Below, one piece after another: positions 42,676-51,661 of a stretch of DNA of 64,000 nucleotides. The stretch is from an uncultured delta proteobacterium. Lineage in GTDB: Bacteria; Desulfobacterota; BSN033; UBA1163. Where the stretch lies: positions 96,001 to 160,000 of the forward strand of contig CAVPSJ010000017.1 of assembly GCA_963708295.1 (NCBI GenBank). Direction: 5' to 3'. How positions within the stretch are numbered: the stretch's first letter is position 1; every line of letters starts with the position of its first letter. The notes under the pieces were generated by a model. It was not told the origin of the DNA. It saw only the letters and a program-made list of their open reading frames with translations, and searched no databases. Made by a program: the position numbers and the translations under genes.

Positions 42676-42813
42676 TCAAATCCCTATTCTCGACATAATC
42701 GGTTTGAACGAACCTTCTATTCTTTTGAACACTTCGATCCTTAGAACCGACTTTCCTAACACTTCTACGGCATGTGCGATGTGATCACTTGGATTTGAGC
42801 GTGGATCCGATAC
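42676..42813 (-). pseudogene. Truncated paralog of the N-terminus of the 41636-42520 gene
   Basis: VSDPRSNPSDHIAHAVEVLGKSVLRIEVFKRI aligns ungapped to residues 5-36 of the downstream protein, 15/32 identical. Confidence 0.7.
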
Positions 42814-42994
42814 ACTGAAAGGATTTCACTTTTCTAGCAGGTATCAAACGGCTTACATTACTCACGTCAAGCTGAAGACCCAAACCAAGTTCTTCTTGCG
42901 AGGTACCTAACTTTAACAATAATAAAACTAGTAGCCTCTTAATCGCGATAAGTTCTTTCAACATTGAGTCATCATTTTTATTATTGGGTGTCAT
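42785..42994 (-). CDS. Small HTH protein (third of three)
   Basis: GGAGG SD; LKELIAIKRLLVLLLL then GTSQEELGLGLQLDVSNVSRLI. Confidence 0.7.
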   Translation of the reverse strand: MTPNNKNDDSMLKELIAIKRLLVLLLLKLGTSQEELGLGLQLDVSNVSRLIPARKVKSFQCIGSTLKSK

Positions 42995-43049
42995 AATTCC
43001 TCCAATCTCTTCTCCAAATGATCTTCTTACATCTCTGTATCGATTATTT

Positions 43050-43285
43050 CTACCCTTTACCAGATTTCGGATTGTCCTTCTTAGATTTTTTTATTAGGTG
43101 TATGGTCACTTTAACGTTATTTTCAGTTTTACCGGTTAGTTGAGCAATTTCTCCATAGGATAAGCCCGCACTATAAAGGATTTTGACCTTGTCCCGTGTA
43201 ATCTTTCCTTCAATAAGTAGGACACTGAGTAACATTACAAGTGTTCTTAACTTATTATTTATGGCAAAAAATGTTTTTCATCCAT
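43050..43285 (-). CDS. Small HTH protein (second of three); 1-bp loss in a T-run near the start
   Basis: GGAGGGG SD, ATG 43285; INNKLRTLVMLL...DKVKILYSAGLSYGEIAQLTGKTENNVKV. Confidence 0.65.
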
Positions 43286-43305
43286 ACTTAATTCCCCTCC
43301 AACCC

Positions 43306-43513
43306 CTATTTTTTTCTCGCTCGGGTCGTATCAACGGTGCCCTTCGGTATACCCGTGAGTTTGCTTATCTGAGCATTTGTGAACTCCATTGAGGTCAGTA
43401 TCTTTATCTGATCTGTTTTATGCTTGCCTTGAATGGTGTTCAAACCTATCAACATGTTCAATTTATCGTTTATTTCTTCCAGCAGCTGTTTCAGTTGTGT
43501 CACTTTTCGACAT
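43306..43513 (-). CDS. Small HTH protein (first of three); probable 1-bp insertion near the start
   Basis: GGGAGG SD, ATG 43513; LLEEINDKLNMLIGL...DQIKILTSMEFTNAQISKLTGIPKGTVDT. Confidence 0.65.
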
Positions 43514-43692
43514 GTTTACCTCCCTATTGATTTATTGTTTAACCCAAATATAGCATGATTTGCTTTTGAAGTCAATATAAATTCAATGCATAGTTAAAGC
43601 GTGAAGTATGAAATATATAAATGATGCGAGAAACCCAGTGAAAACTATGATAAAATTGAATGATGCCTGTGTCTTTAACTTTGTTGGAGACA

Positions 43693-44037
43693 AGGGGACG
43701 TTGGTTCTAAAACAACTTGGCGATTGAGGGCACGGGAACCATGACACGGGGAAACGGAGACACGGTGACGCGGTGAAATGAAAGACAGAGATACAGGGGA
43801 CCCTGAACCACGTGGGGTTCAGGGCAAGCCCCGCACCATGCTAGGTTCAGGGCGAGCGCGGTGGCGGATCTACGTTTTGCCGCTGGATTTGTGTCTTAGC
43901 AGCAGCCAAACGCCCACAATAATTAGAATGACGGGCCACCAATGGGCCGTGAGCGAACGGAGGGGCGGCAGCCAGCCAAGATTGGACAGGAGGAAAATGA
44001 TACCCAACCCAATGAGGATGTACGCGCCGATTCTGGA
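43693..44037. repeat. Copy 1 of a ~345-bp diverged direct repeat, containing a 5'-truncated DUF5668-like gene (43870-44037, minus)
   Basis: Colinear with 46042-46393; encodes SRIGAYILIGLGIIFLLSNLGW...RHKSSGKT* with no start codon. Confidence 0.85.
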
Positions 44038-44231
44038 ATATCTTGGGACCGGATCTTATGTTCTGATTCGACATAACAATTGGATAAAAAGTATCTTTTT
44101 GGCCTCTCTATTTTTGTCCCATGTCAAGAATAGACCTCGTGTTCTTACTCTTCAGCGTTTCCTGGATCTCAGAAGGTCCAGTGCTCCCGTCGCGTCAGCC
44201 CCAGCAAGTTTATGCAGTGTCCCATTCCGCC

Positions 44232-45098
44232 TTAGGAGGCTGAGGAAACCTTGCTTCCATTTTCAAAAAACGGCCTTACTTCAATGGCGCGAATGGGCTC
44301 GAGAATACTGCCGCGTTCCACCCGCAATGTGTCACGCAATAACTGTTGCATCTCTTCATGATTCAAATGGTAATTGCTGCCCATGTCAGAGGGGGCCAGG
44401 CACAATTTCTTAAGGGTGTCGACATATCGTAGGATGTTATCCTTATCATATACGAAAATGTGGCTGGGAATCGCCTGCATCTGGTTGTATAGCGCAAAAG
44501 CGAATCCGAATTTGCTCTGCGTCTCCCGCTGGCCGGAGCTTCCTCCCCCTCCTTGCCGCAATACCTTATACTCCGGCACGGCAAAGTACTGCTGGTACGA
44601 ATTACGGCTGTCCCAGTAGTTCAGGGGTTCAGGAATGGCATAAAGACGCTCTCTGTGCCTTTTTTTTCGGGGCTTTGAGATTTTCTCCATGGTGAATTTC
44701 TTTTTCCATGCACGCGGATAAAGCTCTTTATACTGATCTCGGAGAATCCTTCTGGCCTGTGGATAGTATTCCTTTAAAAGCTTTCGGAAGTATCGGTTTT
44801 CCGCATCGCGGTCATGCTCCAGAAATTCCGCCATCCGGGCGTTGATCTCGCGCTCAAAATAGCGCAGGACGATTTCGTCAAGCTCCGACACGATCTGCTC
44901 TGTTGTAATCTTCACATATCGCTTATCCCAAAAATGTGAAGGATCAAGCAATTCCTCTTCTATGATGATGGTGAACGGAGAACAAGGGGCTTGCTTCATG
45001 AGGCGTGCAATTTGGCGATGATCGCTCGCTTGACGGAACTTATCGCTGCCGTAACCAAATTCATAAGTCCTTGAGCGATTGGAGGATCCGATGCACAT
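44232..45098 (-). CDS. Hypothetical protein (start uncertain)
   Basis: Long ORF with plausible composition; no motif recognised. Confidence 0.55.
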   Translation of the reverse strand: MCIGSSNRSRTYEFGYGSDKFRQASDHRQIARLMKQAPCSPFTIIIEEELLDPSHFWDKRYVKITTEQIVSELDEIVLRYFEREINARMAEFLEHDRDAENRYFRKLLKEYYPQARRILRDQYKELYPRAWKKKFTMEKISKPRKKRHRERLYAIPEPLNYWDSRNSYQQYFAVPEYKVLRQGGGGSSGQRETQSKFGFAFALYNQMQAIPSHIFVYDKDNILRYVDTLKKLCLAPSDMGSNYHLNHEEMQQLLRDTLRVERGSILEPIRAIEVRPFFENGSKVSSAS

Positions 45099-45237
45099 CC
45101 GGCGGTATTTCCTTAAAAGAGTCTCGGTCGTATATTTTAATTCTGGTCAAAGGCTAACCCACCGACGATCTTAGCTAAATCTCAGCGGCAGCGGCCACCG
45201 GGAGATAGGTTGGTTTAAAAACAACTTTTCTGAATAT

Positions 45238-45552
45238 TTAAGCAGCCTTCAAAGGAGAAATTTTCTCAAGTTTTCTCCTTGCTGTTCTTGCAGTTTCCCA
45301 CAGATCAACAGCACGCTGGGCATTCAACCAAAACTCCGGTGTGTTCCCAAACAAACGCGAAAGTCGTAGCGCCATTTCAGGGCTGACAGCGCGCCGTTCC
45401 CGCAACAACTCATTTACCGTCTGACGGGACACTCCTAAAGCCTTCGCCATACTTGATACAGACAGTCCGTAATCCGGCATGAAGTCCTCCCGCAGCATCT
45501 CTCCGGGATGCGTAGGTCGAACCTTCCTCTCCCTCGTGTTAGGAATACTCAT
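45238..45552 (-). CDS. higA: HigA-family antitoxin
   Basis: PTHPGEMLREDF, MAKALGVSRQTV, EMALRLSRLFGNTPEFWLNAQ. Confidence 0.93.
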   Translation of the reverse strand: MSIPNTRERKVRPTHPGEMLREDFMPDYGLSVSSMAKALGVSRQTVNELLRERRAVSPEMALRLSRLFGNTPEFWLNAQRAVDLWETARTARRKLEKISPLKAA

Positions 45553-45569
45553 AAGCCACCCCTCCTTAG

Positions 45570-45851
45570 TTAGTGATAATCGGTTAATTCAACGTCATAG
45601 GCATCGCCATCAACAAACCGAAAACAAATCCTCCATTGATCGTTAACGGAGATGGAAAATTGTCCTTTTCGGTTCCTCTCCAATTCATGAAGCCGGTTGC
45701 TGGGAGGAACCTTCAAATCGTTCAAACCTGTTGCCAAATCGAGGTATTCCAGCTTTCGCAACGCTCTCTTCCATATCTCCGGAGGCAGCCGTTTGGACTT
45801 TCCCGTTTCATACACCTCCTTCGTGTGCCTGTCGGCAAACGTTTTTATCAT
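45570..45851 (-). CDS. higB: HigB (RelE/ParE family) toxin
   Basis: MIKTFAD, DLKVPPSNRLHEL, SISVNDQWRICFRF, DYH end. Confidence 0.93.
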   Translation of the reverse strand: MIKTFADRHTKEVYETGKSKRLPPEIWKRALRKLEYLDLATGLNDLKVPPSNRLHELERNRKGQFSISVNDQWRICFRFVDGDAYDVELTDYH

Positions 45852-45857
45852 TGAACA

Positions 45858-45886
45858 ATGGTAAACTGTAACGTGACGCTTGTCAA
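45858..45886 (-). promoter_or_regulatory. higBA promoter with near-palindromic operator
   Basis: Minus strand TTGACA-17 bp-TACCAT, then 6 nt to the ATG; spacer contains GTCACGTTAC. Confidence 0.6.
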
Positions 45887-46041
45887 TAAGAATATAAACG
45901 TGCCACATAGGACTGCCTCATCGAGAAGGTCCAGGCAAGACAGAGCGGGAATCTGGGGGACGTAGTTAAATTCTGCCACTTATATTTTTCCTAGAAAACT
46001 TAGATAAGAAGAGGGCGTAGGTTCTAAAACAACCAGAGATG

Positions 46042-46393
46042 AGGGGACGTTGGTTCTGAAACAACTTGACGATTGAGGGCACGGGAACCATGACGCGGGG
46101 AAACGGAGACACGGCGACGCGGTGAAACTGAAAGACAGAGATACAGGGACGCGGAGACCCTGAACCACGTAGGGTTCAGGGATGCCCCGCACCATGCTAG
46201 CCTCAGGGCGAGCGCGGTGGCGGATCTATGATTTTCCGCTGGATTTGTGTTTTAGCAGCAACCAAACGCCTACAATAATAAGGATGACCGGCCACCAATG
46301 AGCCATGAGTGAGCGAAGGGGCGGCAGCCAGCCAAGATTAGACAGGAGGAAGATGATACCCAGCCCAATCAGGATGTACGCGCCGATCCTGGA
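46042..46393. repeat. Copy 2 of the ~345-bp direct repeat
   Basis: Colinear with 43693-44037; includes degenerate 8-bp CACGGNGA-type tandem repeats. Confidence 0.85.
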
Positions 46394-46405
46394 CTTAGAT
46401 TTCAT
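46226..46405 (-). CDS. Small two-TM membrane protein (DUF5668/LiaF-TM-like)
   Basis: GGAGGAG SD; LIGLGIIFLLSNLG and WWPVILIIVGVWLL motifs. Confidence 0.8.
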   Translation of the reverse strand: MKSKSRIGAYILIGLGIIFLLSNLGWLPPLRSLMAHWWPVILIIVGVWLLLKHKSSGKS

Positions 46406-46510
46406 AGTGTCTCCTCCGCAGGATAAATCATGTAGATACTCCCGTTCCCCCAATCTTATCAAAATGGGACGAAAATTCAATCAGAAGTCTTGGGTAACAT
46501 AGAGCTCCCC

Positions 46511-46897
46511 TCACCCTAGCCCTCTCCCCGACGGGGAGAGGGGAGGGTTAAGAGGAAGGAAAGCAATTGAATAAGGAGCCAATCCTTTTGGATGGCGGGA
46601 TGAGAATTTCTTGATCAGGCCGGCGATTCGAGAGAATTGGTCTCCGGGGAGGGTATAAGGAACGATGAGGACTCCGCAGTGGGGGCGTTGGTCGTTGAAG
46701 AATCGAACCGTGAGCCTGATGAAATCGTCCCTATTTCTGGTCACCAAACATCTTTTCTCTGCGGCCGCAAAGTCGAGTTGCCTTTGATCCGACGATTCAC
46801 ACATCCCAGCTTCATGAGCACTGAGCGCGTCAATTCCGCTTTTCCGGAATATTTTTGCAATCGTAGGACTGAGATCTTCATCCAGGTAAACCTTCAT
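46511..46897 (-). CDS. DUF5615 PIN-like toxin
   Basis: MKVYLDEDL, SDQRQL, LVTRNRDDF, HCGVLIV; overlaps the DUF433 gene. Confidence 0.85.
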   Translation of the reverse strand: MKVYLDEDLSPTIAKIFRKSGIDALSAHEAGMCESSDQRQLDFAAAEKRCLVTRNRDDFIRLTVRFFNDQRPHCGVLIVPYTLPGDQFSRIAGLIKKFSSRHPKGLAPYSIAFLPLNPPLSPSGRGLG

Positions 46898-47310
46898 GAG
46901 GACGACCTCATAAAGGGATAACGTACTCGAATCTTTTTATCATTCCATTGTCCATTCTGTTCAATGAGTCGGTCAATCTCCTGCGGATAGATCGTATAAT
47001 ACCCAAGGGCCGCTTTGAGCTGCTCCGCGGACAGCCAATGATACGCTTTTTGCAGCCTTTTAAGATCCCCCTTCATGCTCTTGTAAGCGGCAATCACTTC
47101 CCAGACTTCAATCCCTGTTCCCGCCACCCGCGCTCTTCTTCCAACGGTGCCTTCGGCAAACAGAATCCCCGGGCAGCGTCTCATCTTAATGGCCTCTTGC
47201 AAAAGATCCTTTGTGATGTTTGAGAAATCCTGGCCTGTCTCTTTGGCCATTTGCTCAATTTCCTTCATGGTTTCGGCTGGAAGACGTAAGCTCTTTTGAA
47301 CACCCGCCAT
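46894..47310 (-). CDS. DUF433 antitoxin with N-terminal RHH-like region
   Basis: KSLRLP, ARVAGTGIEVWEVI, LSAEQLKAALGYY..YPQEID. Confidence 0.85.
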   Translation of the reverse strand: MAGVQKSLRLPAETMKEIEQMAKETGQDFSNITKDLLQEAIKMRRCPGILFAEGTVGRRARVAGTGIEVWEVIAAYKSMKGDLKRLQKAYHWLSAEQLKAALGYYTIYPQEIDRLIEQNGQWNDKKIRVRYPFMRSSS

Positions 47311-47453
47311 AAACAAACCTCCCTTCTACGATGTCATTCATAATATTACGCTGTCCTACAATGAATGTCAAGACTCTTCAAGAGGGGTCAGGTTTGAGGA
47401 TGCTGGGTGGTTGGCAATTTTGCTGGACAATACGTCGGCACTAAATGCCGACG

Positions 47454-49050
47454 CTACTCTTGGCTATACTGGTACCGGGAACGATGTGGAGGATCGGCTG
47501 GTTGTTTTTTGATCGGATGATCGCCATTCGCGGCCGCATGATCCAGGGATTTGAACACCAATTCTACTTCTCCCGGGGCGTCGATGGCTGAGGCAATCTC
47601 TTCTGCTGTAAAAGACTTTCCTTTTTCTTTCTTGAGAAAGGCAAGGGCCTTGGTCTGTAGCTCGATGACCAATCCGGCTGTCTTGTTTGCCCGCCTCTAC
47701 ACCGGGTTGATGATAGGCATTGATATTGATCAGCGATGCATAGAAACCTACGGCCCGCTCGTAAAGCGCAATCAAGGCGCCGATGGAACGAGCATTGATC
47801 TTTTCAATCGTAAGGGTGATCGACTCCCGGTTTTTTCGCTGAGGGCCTTTCGGGTTCCCTGGAGAAAGGCGTTGAGATAATCGCCGCTCGTTGCTTTTCC
47901 ATCCAACTTTTAAAGAACGATCTTTACGGTCCTTAAGTACTTCAATAAAGGTGACAAAGAAGTTGTTCACTCCTTCGCGAAGCTGCTGCACATAAGCATG
48001 CTGGTCCGTAGAACCTTTGTTGCCGTAAACCGAGATTCCCTGATTGACGACCTGACCGTTGAGATCTTTTTCCTTGCCGAGGGATTCCATGATGAGCTGC
48101 TGGAGATATTTTGAAAGGAATTGAAGCCTATCCTTGTAAGGAAGAATGACCATATCTTTTTTTCCACAACCTCCGGTGGCGTGATACCAGGCGAGGGCCA
48201 AAAGCGCTGCAGGATTGGCTCGGGAATCCTTTTTCCGGGTTATCTCATCACAGAGGCGGGCACCATCCAGCAACGCGTCAACGTCAATGCCTTGGAGTGC
48301 AGCCGGAAGAAGCCCTACCGCAGAAGTCTCCGAAGTCCTTCCCCCGACCCAGTCCCACATCGGGAACCGCGCGATCCATCCTTCTTTCTTTGCGATCCGG
48401 TCAAGGTCGCTCTTTGCTCCGGTAATCGCGACAGCGTGTTTCTCAAAACGAAGTCCTTTAGTTTGATAGGCGGCCTTTGCCTCAAGCATTCCATTCCGGG
48501 TTTCTATCGTGCCGCCACTTTTCGAGATGACCATGGTCAGGGTCTCTGATAAGGCACCTTTGATCTCTTTTAGAACCCGGTCGAATCCATCCGGATCGGT
48601 ATTATCAAAGAAATAAGGCTTGATCCAGTCTTTGGGAGTTTTGAGTGCATCCGAAATAAACTGAGGCCCAAGAGCCGATCCGCCGATTCCAACGATCAGA
48701 ATTCGCGAAAAGCGTTTTCCCTTTTGGGATTTTATCTTTCCGGCATGGACCTTTTTAGCAAAATCTTTGATGGCCTGGAGGTTCTTCTGGATATCTCGGG
48801 TGATTTCTCTTTTCGGGGCCAATCCAGGGGCACGGAGCCAGTAGTGGCCGACCATCCGGTTTTCATCAGGGTTTGCAATCGCCCCGGATTCAATGGCCTC
48901 CATATCATCGAAGGCCTTTCGGATTTGTGATTCCATCCGATCAAAATAGTCGTCCGGAAACATCATGCGGCTGATGTCCACCATCAGTCCGATCTCTGGA
49001 TTGAAATTCAGATACTGCTTATATCGTTCCCATTGTTCAGTGCTTGCCAT
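47454..49050 (-). CDS. pgi: Glucose-6-phosphate isomerase (frameshifts in the 3' part)
   Basis: [60 protein letters not shown]; C-terminus continues in ORF 47454-47672. Confidence 0.9.
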
Positions 49051-49154
49051 CAGTCACTCCCATATAACCTGAGTCTAAGAAGCGCTAGTAGGTGGTTAGC
49101 CCATCAATATCGATGTAGAATTGTGGATATTGTTCAATTGTTCTTAACAACATT

Positions 49155-49300
49155 GTAGCGCCCCCATTTTATTGGGGGCGAATTCAGAATTTTCGTCGGC
49201 AATAAATGCCGACGCTACATCTTGTTCGTCGGAACGCCACGCTCACCCGTCTTCGTTGGGAAGGATGCCCGTAGGGAACGGTTTGAAACCGTTCCCTACG
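49155..49300. repeat. GTAG-type REP palindromes (BIME-like pair plus a single unit)
   Basis: GTAGCGCCCCCATTTATTGGGGGCG facing CGTCGGCAATAAATGCCGACGCTAC; GTAGGGAACGGTTTGAAACCGTTCCCTAC; related unit at 47433-47457. Confidence 0.75.
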
Positions 49301-49427
49301 AAGGATTGCCTGCCTGAACGGCAGGTGAAAGGCTCACGGACACCCCGGCGAGCGGGATTTCGTAAACCTCAGCACACATCTAGACATTTTTGAGCAGCCC
49401 GGAAAATGTCATCTTTTCACCAACCCT

Positions 49428-50444
49428 TTAGATCCTGGCGAGACTCGCGGCGCGAGAGGCCGCACCCAGAAGAGCTGTTTTCTCATTCATAATCACCCTG
49501 ACGGGGATGTGAGCAACAATACGGGATAGTCTTCCCTTGTCTTTGAAGGCCTTCACGAAAGTTCCGTCTTTAAGCTTCCAGATGATTTTTGGAGCGATGC
49601 CGCCTCCGATAAAGACTCCGCCCACCGCCATGACCTGGAGGGCGAGATTCCCGGCCGCCGCCCCGTAGATGGAGGTAAAGAGATCCAGAGCCTCGCTGCA
49701 CAACCTATTCTTCTTGAGACGAGCCATCTCCGAAATGACTTCAGCCGGGTCTTCCTCTTTTATCTTTTCGGAGAGCCACGACGGTTCACTTCCAAATCTT
49801 TTCGAATCCTTCAGAAATTGATAAAGATGGAAGAGGCCCTGTCCGGAGAGGACACGTTCGTAACTGACATGGTCGAAGCGTTCGGAAAGGTAATTAAACA
49901 GTCCCATCTCCAGATGGTTTCTCGGTCCAAATTCAATGTGTCCCCCTTCCGAAGGAGAAGGCACGTATTGTTTCCCGTCCCAGAAAAGGATGGCCTCTCC
50001 GAGGCCCGTCCCTGCAGAGATCAGGGCCTGATTCCCCTTCTTTACTTTGCCCACATTCAAGGTTTCAAAATCCCTCTTCTTCAAAACCGAAATACCATAA
50101 GCATTGGCAACGAGATCATTGATGACTTCCGTCTTTCTGAGAGCGAGTGCCTTTTGAAGTGATTGAATATCGATCCACCAGGGAAGGTTTGTGGCAATGA
50201 CCACTTCCTGGGTCACGGGTCCGGCCACGCCAAAACAGGCCGCAATGATTCCTTTCTTTCCCTTCAGAAAATCCTTCAGAATATTCTCCAGTCCCCTGTA
50301 ATTCTTGGTTAAAAAGGCCTTCTCCAATAAAAGGCGAAAACGGCCCCTGCTTACCTCGAAGAGCCCAAGGCGAGTGTTTGTTCCACCCACATCTCCGGCC
50401 AGGATTAATTCAGATTGGCTCTTTTTCTTTTTTATTCGTACCAT
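49428..50444 (-). CDS. glk: Glucokinase
   Basis: LAGDVGGTNTRL, GVAGPV, INDLVA, GTGLG, SEGGH, ERVLSGQG, GGGIAPK. Confidence 0.93.
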   Translation of the reverse strand: MVRIKKKKSQSELILAGDVGGTNTRLGLFEVSRGRFRLLLEKAFLTKNYRGLENILKDFLKGKKGIIAACFGVAGPVTQEVVIATNLPWWIDIQSLQKALALRKTEVINDLVANAYGISVLKKRDFETLNVGKVKKGNQALISAGTGLGEAILFWDGKQYVPSPSEGGHIEFGPRNHLEMGLFNYLSERFDHVSYERVLSGQGLFHLYQFLKDSKRFGSEPSWLSEKIKEEDPAEVISEMARLKKNRLCSEALDLFTSIYGAAAGNLALQVMAVGGVFIGGGIAPKIIWKLKDGTFVKAFKDKGRLSRIVAHIPVRVIMNEKTALLGAASRAASLARI

Positions 50445-50564
50445 CGTATCGTATCCCTGAAAATCGAAAAGTCATAACATTAATTTCTGAGCAATGAAAA
50501 TTGCGGGCGCTCGCCCCGACCTACCGGCAGGCAGGATCTAAGGATGAAACCTGCTAAGTATTAT

Positions 50565-51095
50565 CCTCCTCTCTTGACGGGGGGGAGGTGTGGAAAAATT
50601 AGTCTGGCGCTACTTAATGTCATTCCGGCGAAAGCCGGAATCCAGTGTTTTTATCAGGTTACAAACATCCTGGACCCCGGGTTTCACCGGGGAGACGAAT
50701 ACAGTGTGATTCATTCACACATTCGGGAGGATTGAGGTGGGGTTGGCCTGGTATATTCCCCCTCACCCTTACCCTCTCCCGCGAGGGGAGAGGGGTGGGA
50801 ACCATGAGCATTGGATCTTCCCTCCCAACCTCCACCCTTGAGCTACCGATTATTTTATACACACAGGGAGATTCGTTGTCAACAAAGGCCGTGCGACTTG
50901 CTAACGCCCGGTTTTGCTCGCCCGCGACACCCGAACTAATCCCTCCTTACCTCCCTTTAGAAAAGGGAGGAATTTCCCCTCTTTTATAAATGGTGAGACT
51001 TGCTAACGCCCGGTGTCGTGATAAATGGGAAAATCTTAACCCCCCTTCATCCCCCCTTAATCTAAGGGGGGAATAGAGGGGGGGGATTGCCCTCC
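50565..51095. repeat. Cluster of mixed REP-like palindromes
   Basis: GTCATTCCGGCGAAAGCCGGAATCC, CCCTCTCCC-GCGA-GGGGAGAGGG, CCCCCCTTAATCTAAGGGGGG; direct repeat GACTTGCTAACGCCCGGT near 50896 and 50996. Confidence 0.7.
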
Positions 51096-51661
51096 GCTCC
51101 TCTTTTAAGCTCTTTATACCTGAAACAACCTACGACATGATCATTAACCATGCCGACTGCTTGCATGAAGGCGTAACAAATCGTCGTCCCAACGAACTTG
51201 AATCCCCTCTTCTTCAAATCCTTGGTCATGGCTTCAGACTCAGGAGAGCTTGAGGGAATTTCCGTCATTTTTTTCCATGAATTCTGAAAAGGTCTTCCGT
51301 TAACAAATTGCCAGATATAACGGTCAAAACTTCCAAATTCCCTCTCCACCCGAAGGAACGATCGAGCATTTGTGATGGTCGCGTTAACCTTCAGCCTGTT
51401 TCTTATGATCTCAGGATTAGCGAGTAACCGGGAAATGTCGGCCTCGGAGTATTGGGAAATTTTCTTGGCATCAAAGTGATCGAAGGCCTTTCTATAACCT
51501 TCTCGTTTCCGAAGGATGGTGTCCCAACTGAGTCCTGCCTGCGCACCTTCCAAGACAAGGAACTCGAATAGACTTCTGTCGTCGTGAATGGGTACCCCCC
51601 ATTCATTGTCATGATAGGACATCTCGAGATCGCTCTTATTGGCCCATTCGCAACGTTTCAT
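51062..51661 (-). CDS. tag: DNA-3-methyladenine glycosylase I
   Basis: RCEW, YHDNEWG, LEGAQAGLSW, IIRNRLK, GFKFVG, MQAVGMVNDH..C. Confidence 0.95.
   Translation of the reverse strand: MKRCEWANKSDLEMSYHDNEWGVPIHDDRSLFEFLVLEGAQAGLSWDTILRKREGYRKAFDHFDAKKISQYSEADISRLLANPEIIRNRLKVNATITNARSFLRVEREFGSFDRYIWQFVNGRPFQNSWKKMTEIPSSSPESEAMTKDLKKRGFKFVGTTICYAFMQAVGMVNDHVVGCFRYKELKRGAEGNPPPLFPP

Noticed and set aside
43730-43800. Short tandem repeats (also 46075-46160) as a possible CRISPR array
   Set aside because: Degenerate 8-bp units with no unique spacers, no constant 25-40-bp repeat and no cas genes
43778-44413. 211-aa plus-strand ORF
   Set aside because: Antisense to the duplicated membrane gene fragment and runs through repeats; no protein-like motifs
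45150-45215. Possible integron attC site downstream of higA (minus strand AACCAAC...GCCGCTGAG...GTTAGCC)
   Set aside because: The R boxes pair poorly, no convincing L-box stem, no second attC and no integrase in the window; at most a degenerate remnant
47670-47910. Programmed frameshifting or true pseudogenisation of pgi
   Set aside because: Multiple scattered indels, as in other genes of the window; sequencing error is more parsimonious
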